DNA from: Takakia lepidozioides
Taxonomy: Eukaryota; Plantae; Bryophyta
DNA length: 64,000 bases
Assembly: GCA_030704615.1 (NCBI GenBank)
Contig: CM060734.1
Span: 12,772,001 to 12,836,000, forward strand
Direction of reading: 5' to 3'
Shown: positions 13,019 through 26,300 of the stretch, piece by piece
Position numbering within the stretch: the first letter of the stretch is position 1
How the letters are laid out: every line of letters begins with the position of its first letter
The notes under the pieces: generated by a model
What the model saw: only the letters and a program-made list of their open reading frames with translations
Database searches by the model: none
What the model was told of the DNA's origin: nothing
Translations under genes and position numbers: made by a program

Positions 13019-14070
13019 TCAATGAAACCTGATGGTCTGAAACCCAGAAAGTTCATAAATGTTGCTAAGATGGAAAGTCCCAACTAAATGGACTTTGGAA
13101 AGACGGCTCACAACAAGTGCATGGTTTTCTTTGTGTGCTACTAATAAATCAGCCTCACTGAATCCTACAATGGCTTGCAACCACTCTCCTTTCACTTGAC
13201 AGTCAACTTTGGCATCACCAGATACATCCATGAAGCGCGCAAGCATATATGGCTTGGCATGTATTGAAAAAATACAAACCACCCTCGGGTTAAAGAATGA
13301 TATCATGCATGTGGCAATTGGCGGAAACTCGTTTAAAAGGAGACCGAGCAGGATAGGAAACAGAGAAAACTCCAGTTATCTGAATGTAGATGCAAGCTGC
13401 TCATATTCGTCTTGGACTACTACAGTAAAATTCAGCTACAAAAATACATAAGAAAATAAATGAACAAGTAGTGATAACATGAAGTAAAATGAAAATGAAA
13501 ATGAAACTGTAAAATAGAAAAGATGATAAAAGAACCCTTACAATTTGAATATCTTCTACCATCTGTCATACTTTGAGTTCATGTCTGTTGTCAATCTGGC
13601 CTTTAACTTCAATCACCATAGCAGAAATTGTGGAAGTCGCAAATTTCTCAGAAGTGCGGGCAACGAAGTCGACGGTGCTCTTGTTTGAAGAAAAAATTGA
13701 GCTGCACAGGTGAGTCAAATGCTGGCAAACCTGGATAGTTGTGGCTGATGTAATCTGGCTTGCTACCTCGCTGTCACATTTCTCTCACTTTGTCCTTGGA
13801 CGTAAAGCAAAGTTTTCTACACACAATGCATGTCCTTTCACCAGGCTGGCTGAGTGACTTTGAGAAGGGCGCCATTGATGGTGATGGTCACGGTTTGAAA
13901 CCCATGCTTATTTTATACATCAGCATGCAAGAATGAGTACTCTAGAGAGTCACTAGGGAACTTGTCGGAGTTCCCGTACCTACTCAAAACCAAGCATTCA
14001 AACCTTGCATCTCGTACACTATAGTCCAGTTCATCAACAGTAAGAAGCGGATTGTCTTTCTAACTGCCAT
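13019..14070 (-). pseudogene. RPA1/RPA70-like OB-fold gene relic (possibly Helitron-associated)
   Basis: LVKGHALCVENFALRP..EKCDSE..ITSATTI (OB-like) and KPYMLARFMDVSGDAKV...AIVGFSEADL (RPA1 C-terminal OB-like); frameshifts and introns. Confidence 0.4.
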
Positions 14071-16286
14071 TGCAAGCACAACAAACAGAAGTAAAGAAAG
14101 AAAGAATCTAAAAGAAGATGGATGTAGAATGGTGAGAGATGATGGACTTATACTCACAAGTGCCAAAGCTTTTGCTATGTGTGAACAACCGCTGAAGAAG
14201 GCTCAGGGGTCAAGGGTTGCGCCATGTGCGCCTTAAAGTCGTCGCCTTTGCAAGTAGGAAAAGTATGAGCTCGAAACAAAAGAAGATGATGAGATATAGG
14301 TGTGGTAATTACGATTCATAATTATTTAATTATATCTAAAACCCTAACTGATCACTAAACTATTGTACATTAAAAATTCTTTGAATTGGGTTTTGAATTT
14401 GGAACTTATCATCATTAAATGACGTAGAAGCTTTTTATTCCATTTAGTCCCATACATATATTTATTCATTAATATGAATTTGTAGTCCAATTAATCACTC
14501 ATTGCACATTTCATTCACAGTAACACTTGTTGAAGAATGTTACATAAAAAGTCGTAAACAAAATCCCAACTTGGGGGAATACATATTTTAATAACTACTG
14601 GTTCGAATGTAATTTTCTAGTCGCGTGTGAAGTAGTTAGAACCACTTCTAATTTCCGTTATTTATTTTATATTTATTTCAGTAATTGAATTAAAGAAAGC
14701 CTCCGGAGTGTGACGGATGGAGGCGGAAGCGAGCTCCGCATTTCGCGGTGAGAGGAGGCTTGCTCAACGGTTGTCTCCTCCCCCCTTTGCCTTCAGGATT
14801 CAGCTAAGCTCGAAGGATGGAGTCTGAACCCAGCTTGATCGATATTTCCTCCTTCCCCATTCAGATCCGGCCCATTCCAACAATCTCGGAGAACACTGGA
14901 TGACCCATTTATGTCCGAGGATCGTACTTCTACCATCATCCCCTTCTTCGTTTGTTCATGACGAACTCCTTCATCCCTGAGGACGATCCTTACGGCTATC
15001 TCACTGATAGTGACCCTAAGCAAGTCTCATTTATTTCCCTGCAATCTTGGGGTCATCATTCCTCGCTCAGCTTGCCCTCGGACGCCACATCCCCTTCTGG
15101 CTTGGCCCTTTTAGCAGGGTTCATCAATCCCTAATCAATGTTTGTCGGCTACCCACGAGTTAATCAAACCCCCCCCCCCCCCAGCCGCCTTCACTAATAT
15201 AGAAGTATTTTATAATTTGTTTAAAAAAAAAACTCAATACCAAACTTTGAGACTTCAACGTTTAGTTATATTTTGTTTTTATTTTCAATTTTATACTTAA
15301 TGCTGAAGTCCGGACTTCAGCTGAAGTCTTGGACTCAAGCGTTGAGTTATATTTCGGTTTTTTTGTTCAATTTTATAGGTAACGCTAAAGTCCAGATTTC
15401 AGTGAGCAGAAACCATGAGCCATGAGCCGTATGAGCCGCATGAGTTGTGAGCCGAAGTCTAAGACATGCGGTTTTCATGAGCGGACTCCTCCAAATTTGG
15501 AAATGCGGCAGATTAAAAAAAGTATTAAAATAATAGTTTTTATTTGACCTTGCCGTTTTTGGAAGTTCCAGATCATGTAATGTGGCGAAGAAATGTCGTC
15601 AGTAACAACTCCGCTCATGGGTTTTTAGATCCGCTCAGGGAAATAAGTGACCGTGCAACGAGAAATCCAGTATACCACGGCAAAAGAACGTCGCATACTG
15701 GCCTGTATAGAGTATTCCGCGGTTTTACATGCCTTAACATTGGAATGAAGCTGACCATTCTGTCGCGATTGAACCAATAGAGTCTGCACCAATAGAATCT
15801 GCAGTACTTCACAATTCTGTCATTTTCGGGTATTCGGCGGGAAAGGTTTGCGACTCAACTGGGAAATGCGGTGCCGCATTACGGTTCACACGTGCGAAAT
15901 TTTTGGGGGTTCGCTGTTGGCGACGGTCGGCTCCCTGAAGACTGGGTGCGACTATCTTGCTATGACGAAGGCCGCAACTACCAGTACCTACGACGTTACT
16001 TGGAAATGCGGCGCCGCATTTCCTTGCCGGGGATGGAATGAGGAAAGCAAAGTTTGGGAGAGCAGAAAAACAGGAACCCTCCAACAAAAAAAATACAAGC
16101 ACGTGGAAACAGAAGTGAATGACATAGTATTATCTTAGTTCGAGCAAAACAGGTTACTCGTAAGCAAGACATAAGTCGAACCTTTCTGTGGCCAAAGTCA
16201 GAGGTACTTGCAGCAGTACAGTTCTACTATAACTGAAACTCCAAAAAGGATGGGCGTAACATTGTGTTTTGGCCCGCAAGCCAAGC

Positions 16287-18055
16287 TCACTGGTCCCCTG
16301 GATCCATATTCAGAAGAGTGTACACCTCTTGGGGGCTCAACTCTGGTGCATGTATGAAGTGATGAGTTGTGGAATTACACCGGAGTCTCTTTAGGTACAC
16401 GTAGTACAGATGCTTGCAAGGGCAGTATGATGCCCCCTTCTTCGCCATGATCTGGAAGTCGGTGCAATTGTAGGTGGGTAATTCTGAAATGGTGATGGTG
16501 TACACCTCATTGCGAACAGCTGAGCCTGCCGTGGCCATCTGATACACACGCCCGAAGCCTGGTGGGGGCGCTTCTGTCGAGCTCTGGATTGTACAGTTCA
16601 TCCGAAGTGCATTCCCCATCCTTGTCTCGTTCACTTTTGAGGGAGGTCGCTGCCTCTTCGGTTTCCCCAACGGTGTATAGGATGCTTAGAGTTGTCGCGT
16701 CCCATTGTTCTTGCTCTCACAGGGGTCGGTGGTGGAGGCTGTGGAAGCGGAAATGGTTGTCTGGGGACGTCAGTGCGCTGCACCATCCAAAATCATGCGG
16801 CAGTAAGGGCGTCAGCCTCAACCTGACTCAGATCGCAGCCTGGTTCCACCGGCCACACCGGGGGAGCCTCTGGCATTGTTTGTATGCCGTACTTGGGCTT
16901 TCTATACACGCAAGTCATAATGTCATGCCTGCAGAACCAGAACTGGGTGGTTGTCGCCTCCGCAAACTTTGCATGGACAAATCTCCCTGTAAAAGTAGGA
17001 GCAGGGACAGCCCCATCTGGATTCCTCCTTATCATCTCTAAACAACGTTGCCGTGTATCCACTCGAATTGTGGAGCACCTGCCTCGAAACGCCGGCTTGT
17101 GCGAGCAATTCTCCAATGTGACGCAGACACAGTCATCTCCACAATGGCTTGGCCATACTGCATAACAACGGGCGAAATTTGGGGCAAGGGAGCAGTGGGT
17201 ATTTCTCGCACGGAATCCCCGCTTGAAGGCGATGGCGATCTAGAAACTCTTGGGCTTCCACTGCTGGAAGACATTGTGCGGCAACATGACGGGACCTCGA
17301 GATGTTGTCCGAAAGTTCCTGTCGGATCTCCAGGAATCCTCTTCACACCCGGGTTCCTCTTCAATCCTCCGCCTCACAGGGCGAGTACGGACGTCCCTCT
17401 CTAGGTGTTCACCTCTGCGGTGCAGAGGCGTCCCTTTGATCTTATCTCGCAATGTTGTCGCCCATTTCAGTGGATTCTTCGACCTCGAAGCTGTTCGTAC
17501 CAAAAATTCCTCCCTGTCCGGCCCAAAGCCCCATTGTTTCCCGCTCAGGAACTTGTAGTACGTGGCTTGGTGCATGATTGCTCTGTCGATGTCCTCTGTT
17601 GTGGCCGTCACTACGTCCACCAGATGTGCGGCAGAAGACGCTCGCCAGGAGAAGTGGACTGATTCTGCCATATTCGTGTTCGACATGTCCGTGTCGGAAT
17701 CCAAGCACCGTTCCTACAAGGACAGAAATAATGGTGAGGGAAAAATGGAAAGGTCCGTAATAGAATGACAATTGCAGGAAAGTCTGGCATCATACCTCCC
17801 GCATGTACTGTCCGAACTGTCGATACCGGAAATGCCACCACCCCAACCAGCTGTGCAAGGCTCCTAGATTGGTTGCCTTGATGATAGCAAACTTAACCTC
17901 CGCGTCATCAAATGTGGGTGCATCCTTTCACGCCGTACAAAGGACACGATGTTCAGCTTGGAATGAGCTAGCAACAAATTTGGTAGTGTAGTGAGATAGA
18001 CTCTGCATCCAATGGAATCCACAGGATCTCTCTTTCCCCTCCATTGGAACATTGG
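16287..18055 (-). pseudogene. Mutator-like transposase, C-terminal half (CxxH, catalytic E, SWIM finger), copy A
   Basis: KERSCGFHW, WLGWWHFRY, NMAESVH and a SWIM-like YTITISELPTYNCTDF...CPCKHLYYV; colinear with 43480-44560; stops and frameshifts. Confidence 0.85.
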
Positions 18056-18782
18056 TGTCGCACACCTTACTTCGGTAAGCTCCCCTTCAAGTCATAGTTA
18101 CTCGCTTTGATGCGCGCGCCTAACTCCCCAACAGGCCGCCGGGCCAACTCGGAGCTTCAGCTGCTCACCGGGACATAACGGTCCCCCTTTACTCCTCCAC
18201 TTGACCCTCTCTCAATTTGGGCCAAGTGGAAATTCCCTTTGGTCGATGGCAGTCCGGAACAGCTCTCCACACCTTGGTCGCTTTCCGGCTCGCACACTTA
18301 CTCACTAGTTTTTGGTCACCAACGGGCTTGCACCGTTCTCGGGGTTACGACTCCCTCTATATATACTTCTATGACTGTCCACGGGGGTTTCAAAAACAAC
18401 CATGCCATTTTATGGTGAACCACCACGAAAACCCTCGACTCCCGGTGATGAGTCGCGGTGAGTCTTGGCCCACCCACCACGGTCCCATTGGACCGTGATG
18501 AGTCCCAAGACTCCCCACGACTCCCACCACAAGGTCTCCGGCCCTATGGTGAGTCCTATGCAACCCCCACTAAGTCCCACTAAGCTATCACCACCCCTCG
18601 TGGAACCACCCCCACCGCAACCTGGTGTGCAGGGCTCCACGTAGTGAGCGCCTCCGCCTCCTTGAGTGCCTTGGGCACTCAAGGGTGCTTCAGCCCCCCA
18701 TCTATTGTTGCCACTGCCCCCACCACAAGGGCAGCCCCTCTCATGTCCCGACCCCCTGCCCTCGAGGCAAATGGCCGCGACA
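18056..18782 (-). repeat. 3' LTR of Gypsy copy 1 (727 bp)
   Basis: TGTCGC...GCGACA termini; PPT-like tract adjacent at 18783-18815. Confidence 0.92.
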
Positions 18783-19608
18783 CACACCCCTACCAACAGG
18801 GAGTCGATGTCCTCATCGACTTGTCAATTTTGTAGAAACAAACATCCAAGTTGTGGCGTCCCACATCAAGGAGTTTTTTTCCGTACCATGGCGTCCCATG
18901 GCAAAGAACCAAACCCCCACTTGACTCTACTCTCCACTAGCTAGTTCGGCCGACTTCCTTCAAGTCTCGGCCAAGGGTGGCCAAGGGTGGAGCCTCTCAA
19001 GCTCCTCCCAGTGCACTGTTCTTGGCCTCCTTCAAGGCCTTGAGCAAGGGTTCACCTTGAACCTCTTTTTGACTAGGAAGATAACCTTGAACCAACCGTG
19101 CGCCCCAATCACTACAATTGGGTCCGCCTTGGAATGCTGGCCTGAGGTACGGGAACACGCCGAAGCCACACTACGACTTCGTCTCGAGGCTACACGATTA
19201 TAGTACGTGAATGGAAGCACATAGCTTCCGCGTTAGCCCGCACTACAAGGCAACCCCCTCAGTAGCGTAGTTATAGTACGCGCACGTGCCAGGTGCGCAC
19301 TAGCACGTGAACTCCCAAAAAATGCGCAAGTTTCATTGGCCTTGGATGGGAGTCACCCGATTTTGGCACGCAAACACACGTTTAATCCAATTTATCTCTC
19401 CCCCTTTTGTAAGCTAGCATGCATTCTACACACTAGCCAACCATACCATGCATCACCATTCCAAACAAAATAGGACGCACAACATTTGGAAACCATTATA
19501 TTTATAACAAAATCTGTACAACACAAGTTTTTGCAATCGGATTCATGAGCTAGCTAAGCCGGGCTAAACATGCATTTCCTCCCCCACAATCCAAGGTTGA
19601 TGTCCTCA

Positions 19609-20700
19609 TCACCACTTCTTCCGTTTTTGAGGTCGCCCTTCGAAAGCTGCAACCGCCTCGGATGCGTTTCCCATTTCTGAGGCACGCACCCAAGATGCCT
19701 CCACATGATGATAGCCCTTCCATTTCACGAGATACTCCGTTTCTCGATTTTTGAACCTCCTCGACTTAAGCACTGCCTCCACCTCGTACTCAGGTTCATT
19801 TTCATGATCCAATAGCACAGGTGGCGGATGCAACACTTGATGTCGATTCGGACGCGCTTCATCTTTGAAATAAGGCTTCAAAAGGGAGACGTGGAATACT
19901 GGATGCACCTTGCCAAAAGGGGAAACTCCCGTTGTGGAGTGTTTTGTGTAATTATAACAGAACTCTGCTGCATCTAAGTGCTCCACCCAGTCCGATTGGT
20001 CTGCCGACACGTAATTCCGCAAAATCTACTTCACCACGGAATTCACCCTTTCCGTTTTGCTGTCCGTCGTAGGTCGGAAGGCGGTGCTCATCTTGAGCCT
20101 CGTCCCCATTTTTTTCCAAAGTGCCCTCCAAAACTTACTTGTAAACTTTGGATCGCGGTCCGAGGCAATATCCTTCGGGAGTCCATGATGCTTGAAGACG
20201 TGGGCGAACTAAAGTCGCCCCGTCTCCTGCACCCTTGCCGTCTCCTTGGTGGGGATGAAATGGCCCATTTTACTGAACCTATCCACCACCACCATGATTG
20301 CATCGAATCCTTTGGACAGCGGCATAGCAGTCATGAAATCCATCGAGACACTTTCCCAAGACCCCTCTCGAATTGGCAAGGGTTGTAACAGGCCCGCTTG
20401 CTTTTTGTACTCGCTCTGGTTTTGTTGGCATGTGGTGCATGTCTTGACATACTCCTCGGCCTCCTCCCTCAGTTTGGGCCAGAAATACTCTTTCTTCAGG
20501 AGTGTCGCGGTGCGCTTGGCTCCGTTGTGGCCCGCAAGCGGACCATCATGGCATTCTTTCAAGAGACTATCTCTGATCCCTCCCTTTGGCATGTAGAGAC
20601 GTTTTTGCTTGTACCGGAGCAGTCCATTTTGCAAGTGGAACTGCGATTTAACCCCCATCCTCAAATCCTGCATCATGGACTTCGTCATCTCGTTCTTCCG
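19609..20700 (-). pseudogene. pol: Integrase plus group-I chromodomain (internally deleted)
   Basis: CHD...GH...C..CQ zinc-binding motif, SMDF, VVVDRFSK, HPVFHVSLLK, EYEVEAVL...YLVKWKGY...SW. Confidence 0.92.
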
Positions 20701-23320
20701 GTAAGCCTTCCGGATCTTTCTTTGGAGCGCCGTCTCGCCCCTGTATACCAACATGAGCTGTTGCTTTCTACTTAAAGCATCGGCCACCCCATTGTCCCGT
20801 CCCAGTTTATACTGGATATCCACGTCGAACACTGCCAAAGTGTCTAGTCACCTAAGTTGTTTTGGGGACAACTTAGGCTGTGTTGCAAAATACTTCACCG
20901 TGACATTGTCCGTGAACACCTTCACTGGGTTGGAATCAACATAGTGGCGCCAAAGCTCAAGGCAATGCACCACCGCCTTCATCTCTTTCTCGTGCGTTGG
21001 CCACCGTCGCTCCACTTCATTCCGTTTCTTACTTTCGTAAGCCTCTGGACGTCCATCCTACATGAATACTCCTCCAATCGCGAAGTCTGACTCATCCGCA
21101 TGAATCTCAAATGGACGGTCGAACTCCGGGATTTTTAGGACTGGAGCTTCCGCCATCCGCTGCTTTAACTCGGCAAAAGCTTGGCCACAAAAGGTGTTCC
21201 ATACCCATACCATGGATTTACACAAAAGGTCTGACAGCGGCCCCGCGATCTTGGCGAAATTTCTCACATACTTCCGGTAATATGAGGCGAGTCCTAGGAA
21301 GGATCGCACTCCCGGGACTGAAGTCGGAGGCTCCCAGTCCAAGATCGCCCTCACATTTCTGTCATCCATTTTGATCTCATCTTGTGTAATCACATGCCCT
21401 AGGAACTCTACTTTTGTGACCCCGAATTCGCCCTTTGAAGTTTTGGCATACAGCTTCCCTTCCCACAATTTCTGGAACACCCTTTTGAGGTGCTCCAGGT
21501 GCTCTTCCTTTGTTTCCGAGTACACCAAGATGTCGTCGATGTACACGATCACAAAGTCATCCAACCACTCCTGGAAAAGGCTGTTCATTAGCGTGCTAAA
21601 GGTCGCGGGTGCGTTGGTGAGCCCAAAGGCATCACCAAGAACTCATACGAACCATATCTTGTCCTGCACGCGGTCTTCTCCTCATCTCCTTCCGCCACTC
21701 GGATTTGATGGTAGCCGGAGCGCAAATCGATCCGGCTGAAATACTTCACTCCTGCCAACCGATCGAAGAGGTCGTCGATCCTTGGCAAAGGGTACTGGTT
21801 CTTGATAGTCACCTTATTCAGAGCCCTATAATTGACACACATCTGCAACGTCCCATCCTTCTTGTCTGCGAATAGCACCGGGGCTCCGTAAGGTGACTTA
21901 CTCGGCGGGATGTACCCCTTTGACATTAGATCCTTGAGCTGAGCCTTCACCTCGACCAACTCTTTGTGGCTCAACCGATAGGGCGCCTTGGCAGGCGGCT
22001 CCGATCCCCGGTCACCTCATCTTGTGGTCACCTCTTCGCGGTGGCAAGCCGCTTGGTAAATCCTCCGACATCACATCCTGGTATTTCTCCAAAATCCCCT
22101 TGATCCAATCTGGGCTCGGTTCCCTATCGCCTTCTCCCTTCACTTGTTTTACGTAAAGCAAAAACTGGGGCTCGTGTGGCTCCTCCACGGCCCACTCATT
22201 TGCTGTCAGCAGGTTTATTCGTCCTCCCATTGGGTTGGGCGTTTCCGACACTCGTAAAACTTCGCCACCATTCCCATACGGCAACGTGGCTATTCTCTTG
22301 CGGCCATCTATGACCGCTCCTGATTTGCTCAAACATCCCCAAAATGAGATCCACTCCATCAATCTCGCAAATGGTGAAGTTCTCACGTCCCTCCCAACTC
22401 CCCAGCTGAAGAGGAATATCGAACGCCAACCTCATCGCCAGTTGTGGCTCTCCTTTGGCAGAACGCACTTCAATAGAGGCCCCCACATCACTTGTCGGGA
22501 GCCCCAACTTTCGTGTCGTTGCCGGTGTCATGAAGGAGTGCGACACTCCTGTGTCCACCAACAACAACACGTTAGTTCCGGAAATCATCCCACCAACGAA
22601 CATTAACTGACTCCTTTTACGCAAAGGGCCAGTCTCCTGATACAACTCACAAGAGTAGTTGCCTACCTTGCAAGTCTTGGCATCCACCGCTTCCACCAAG
22701 CGGCTGATGGAATCTTCGGACAGCTCTGCGGTTGCCCGGGTCATGTTCAATGTTCGGGGTTTCGCGCACTTCTTGGCCATGTGCCCGGGCTCCCCGCAAT
22801 TAAAGCACACTCCATCCAAGGTGGCTTTCTGTCCGCCATAAGCCGTTGCACCTGATTTTCCTTTCGGAGCACGGGGTGTCGCCTTGACGTGTGAAGGCCC
22901 TCCCTTCGATTTCCATGTGCCATTGTCGCCGTGTGGCCTATCCCACTTCTTTTCCGGTCAGAAGGAGTCACCCTCCCGCTGAGTCTTCTTGTGGTTCAGC
23001 TCCGTACGGCCTTGTCTTTCGCCCTAGGGACATCCGAGAAACATTCAGCCCTTTCAATCGCCTCGTTCAAAGTCTTAGGTGGCTTCTCCTCCAACTTCCA
23101 CCTGGCGCATGGGGCCAGTCCCGCCACAAAGTTGAAGACCATTTCTGGTTCCGCCATATCCGCGGCTTCGAGCAACAACACATTGAAAGCCTGAACATAT
23201 CCCCGAATGTCATCCGTTTTTTCACTTTCCTCATCTTGTCCCGAGCGAGCCGGGACGCATTGAGGGGAACAAATTGTCTTTTCATAAGTTCCTTGAACCC
23301 ACTCCAGTTCAAGGTTTCCG
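20700..23320 (-). pseudogene. gag-pol: Gag (partial), aspartic protease, RT and RNase H, frameshifted
   Basis: CFNCGEPGHMAKKC knuckle, [38 protein letters not shown]. Confidence 0.93.
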
Positions 23321-23334
23321 GGTTTGGAACTCGG

Positions 23335-26300
23335 TCATGAAGGCATTTCTGCCACCATTGTTGAAAATAGCCCCCTCAAATAGGTGGGAGCCACTTCCAC
23401 CCGATCCTCGTCACTCAACTTGGCCGCCCGTCTGCCTGTCTCAGCTGCTGCCAACTCTTTCCTTATCCTTTTGTCCTCCCTAGCCCTCTCCAAAATCAGC
23501 TCTACTTTACTGGGATTCTCACATCGTCTAATCACTGTATTTGCAAGTTTAGCTGCATAACTAGGAAGGGAGTAGTCCTTCACCGGGCTCTTCATGAAGT
23601 CGGTTCTTGCAAAGAACGGGACATTCTTCCTGGCAAGAAATGTAGGCGCTACAGGTTTCGACCTGGATCCTGGAATCCTGCACATAACAATCATCCACGA
23701 GACCAATGAGAACCATAGTCCGGAAATGCGTGTGACAAAAAATCACCCAGAAGGCTTTGCAAACTTACAATGTTTGCACTCACTCATATTCCGGGTTCTC
23801 CTCGGCATCAATGTCCACTGTCTCTTCCTCCGAGTCCGACAAATCATCCGAGGAATCTTTGGCTTCGATGGGAGCCTTCACATTCCGTTGAAGCCCTTCC
23901 AGATGGGATCCCCAGATGGATGTGTCCTCCTAGGTAAAGAGGTGCCAGTCGGAAAATCGCCTAGCCCACATTGAGGCACCTGTTACAATGCCATCCAATC
24001 ATTAAAAAATGGCCCTTCACATATGGCAAATTTGAACATAATGAGAATTCGCAGAACAGCATAGTACAAGAATCTGCATACCTGTTCCACAGATGAGGTC
24101 CAGCACTCTGCCCTCCAGGTCAGTGCATGCCTCCATAATTGTCTGGATGAAGGCAGGGCTCCGAGTCCGTGAATACCGCAGGGGATCCATTGAAGTGAGG
24201 CTATGAGGGAGAAGTTCCATGGGAACGTTGTTGAACAGGACGTCGTAATCAATGGGGTCGCAGTTCGGGTCAACCAACAATCCCTCCTTCCGAAAAGCAA
24301 AGGTCGAGTTCTCCTTCACAAAGCAGTATGCATCGAACTGCTTCATCTGCATACACATTGGGGAATGATTAGAAATCGAATGCGGCACCGCATTTCAAAA
24401 CAGGTTACAAAATGAAAGGACGATTGCTAATGTCCTAATTACCTTCTTCCCTTCCGACCGAAGGCCCAATGTGTTGATGCACGTCCACTTCTTCTTCAGA
24501 ATTGGGACGGCGCTCTTGCGGGTCCACTTCGCAATTCCTGCCTCCGTTGTTTTGCCTCTGCTCGCCAGGACAACCACACAGCCTCTGTCGTCCAACACCA
24601 TACGGGCAAGCCCGAATCCTTTCTTCCAAAAGTCCTCGGAGTACTTGTTCCAAGATGGCAAAGCTTGCAGTCCTTCCACAGGCTCTCCATCCGGAATATC
24701 CAAGATGATCATATCGCAAGACCACTCGGTGGCTTTTCCGCCCCTCCTGCAATCCTTCCCTACACACACCTTCTCAAAGAACGAGACCATCTTCAGAAAC
24801 CCAGGGGTGTCGGAAGGCTCTTCGGCAGCACGCCTTCTTCAGTGCTCTGCCCTTCAGCCCTCCATGGTCTTGATGTATGCCAACTTGGCTGCCCAATCCA
24901 AAGCCGCCAAGAAACTCTCATTGACACACTGAACTACTGTTTCTGGCTCCACTTTTGGTCTCTTCATTTCCACCGGCTCGAAAGGGTGCCCCCCCGGGGG
25001 GTTGAAGAGTGCCTTCTTTGTCGAGCCTGTTCTCGTCCCTTTTTGTGACAACGGTGGGCACACGGGATTTCGGCTGCATTTCGGGGGGTGGGCTGGTTGC
25101 AAAGTCTCCATCGGAGTCCTCTTCGTCACCCTCTTCCTGCTCTTTCTGTTTCTGCTTCTTCATTTTCTTGGGTGTCACAACTGCTGCTCCTTGCTGGCGA
25201 GTCCTCTTCTTGACCCCTTCTGTTGAGCCTGCACAGCCCCAATCCACCGTTTCTGTGCCATCTCAGCTGCCTTTCTGGATTGTTCCAGAGCAGTAGCGTC
25301 CTTGCCGACTCAGCGCCCAGCAGGGACACGTCTTTCCTTTCTCCTCTCCTCTGCTTTCGTGTGCAGATCTTTCTCCGATTCATCAACAAGTCCGCCAGAC
25401 ATGTCCAGGTACCATGGGCATCCAACGAGATGCGCGACATGCCATTGTTTCTGCATCTCTAGTAGGTAGACACAGCTTGGGCCCGCCACGGTCCAAGCCA
25501 TGAAGAACGGTGGCTCTTGAGCAAGGGCCCCTGTCTTAAGAAGCACGTATTTCATATACATGCAAGACAGTCAGCATGCGTGAGCACAAGTTATGACCAA
25601 TGTATTTGCAGAGTGCAACCGAAAAGATAAAAGTGCGAATGTGGTGCCGCATTTCCCAGGCAAACCTCATAACCCAGCTTTTGCATACAACGGGAGCTGG
25701 GCTTCACCTATACACAATTTGCATTGCAACTTTTCCCGCCCCCTCCTAGTGTGTAAACTCCATGCTCCTTCTTGCTGTCTGCAGCTCCTTGGCGAAGAGG
25801 TAGAGGTTGTCCTTGTACGACCACATCTGAAAGTGTCACGTATACTTTCAATGTCTATGTTCCATCCATTTGACGTACAAGCCGAACGAATTTGTATGCA
25901 TTACGACTTGCTCCTTCGCATTTGTCATTACCTGTGTTTACAACATGCATTGTCACGTAGCAGTTCACGGAATTCGTTCCAGCAAAGCAAATCGGGGAAA
26001 GTACCTTGAATTACCTGGAACCACCAAGTCATGCGGTTGAGCCACACATCCACTGCAAGGTTGGAAACTTTGAGTGGAAAAGACCACATGGTCCTTATAC
26101 TCTCCGATGCATTCCAGATCGACAGCCACCGTGTCTGCCATTTCCGATCCAATGTCAGGAGCAGGAAGAAGAGTGGCTATTGCTAGGAGGAGGAACTTCA
26201 GTGCATTGAAACCTCACCTTCTCTTTCGCCTCCACACATGCCGTTGAGAGGTGATGCAGTTTCTCCAACTGCATGGTCGGCTGCATGGCCCGAGATGTCG

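Larger units (their letters stand above)
18056..23320 (-). mobile_element. Ty3/Gypsy chromovirus copy 1 (3' LTR present, truncated within gag)
   Basis: LTR 18056-18782, PPT, chromodomain, integrase, RNase H, RT, protease and zinc knuckle in Gypsy order. Confidence 0.95.
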
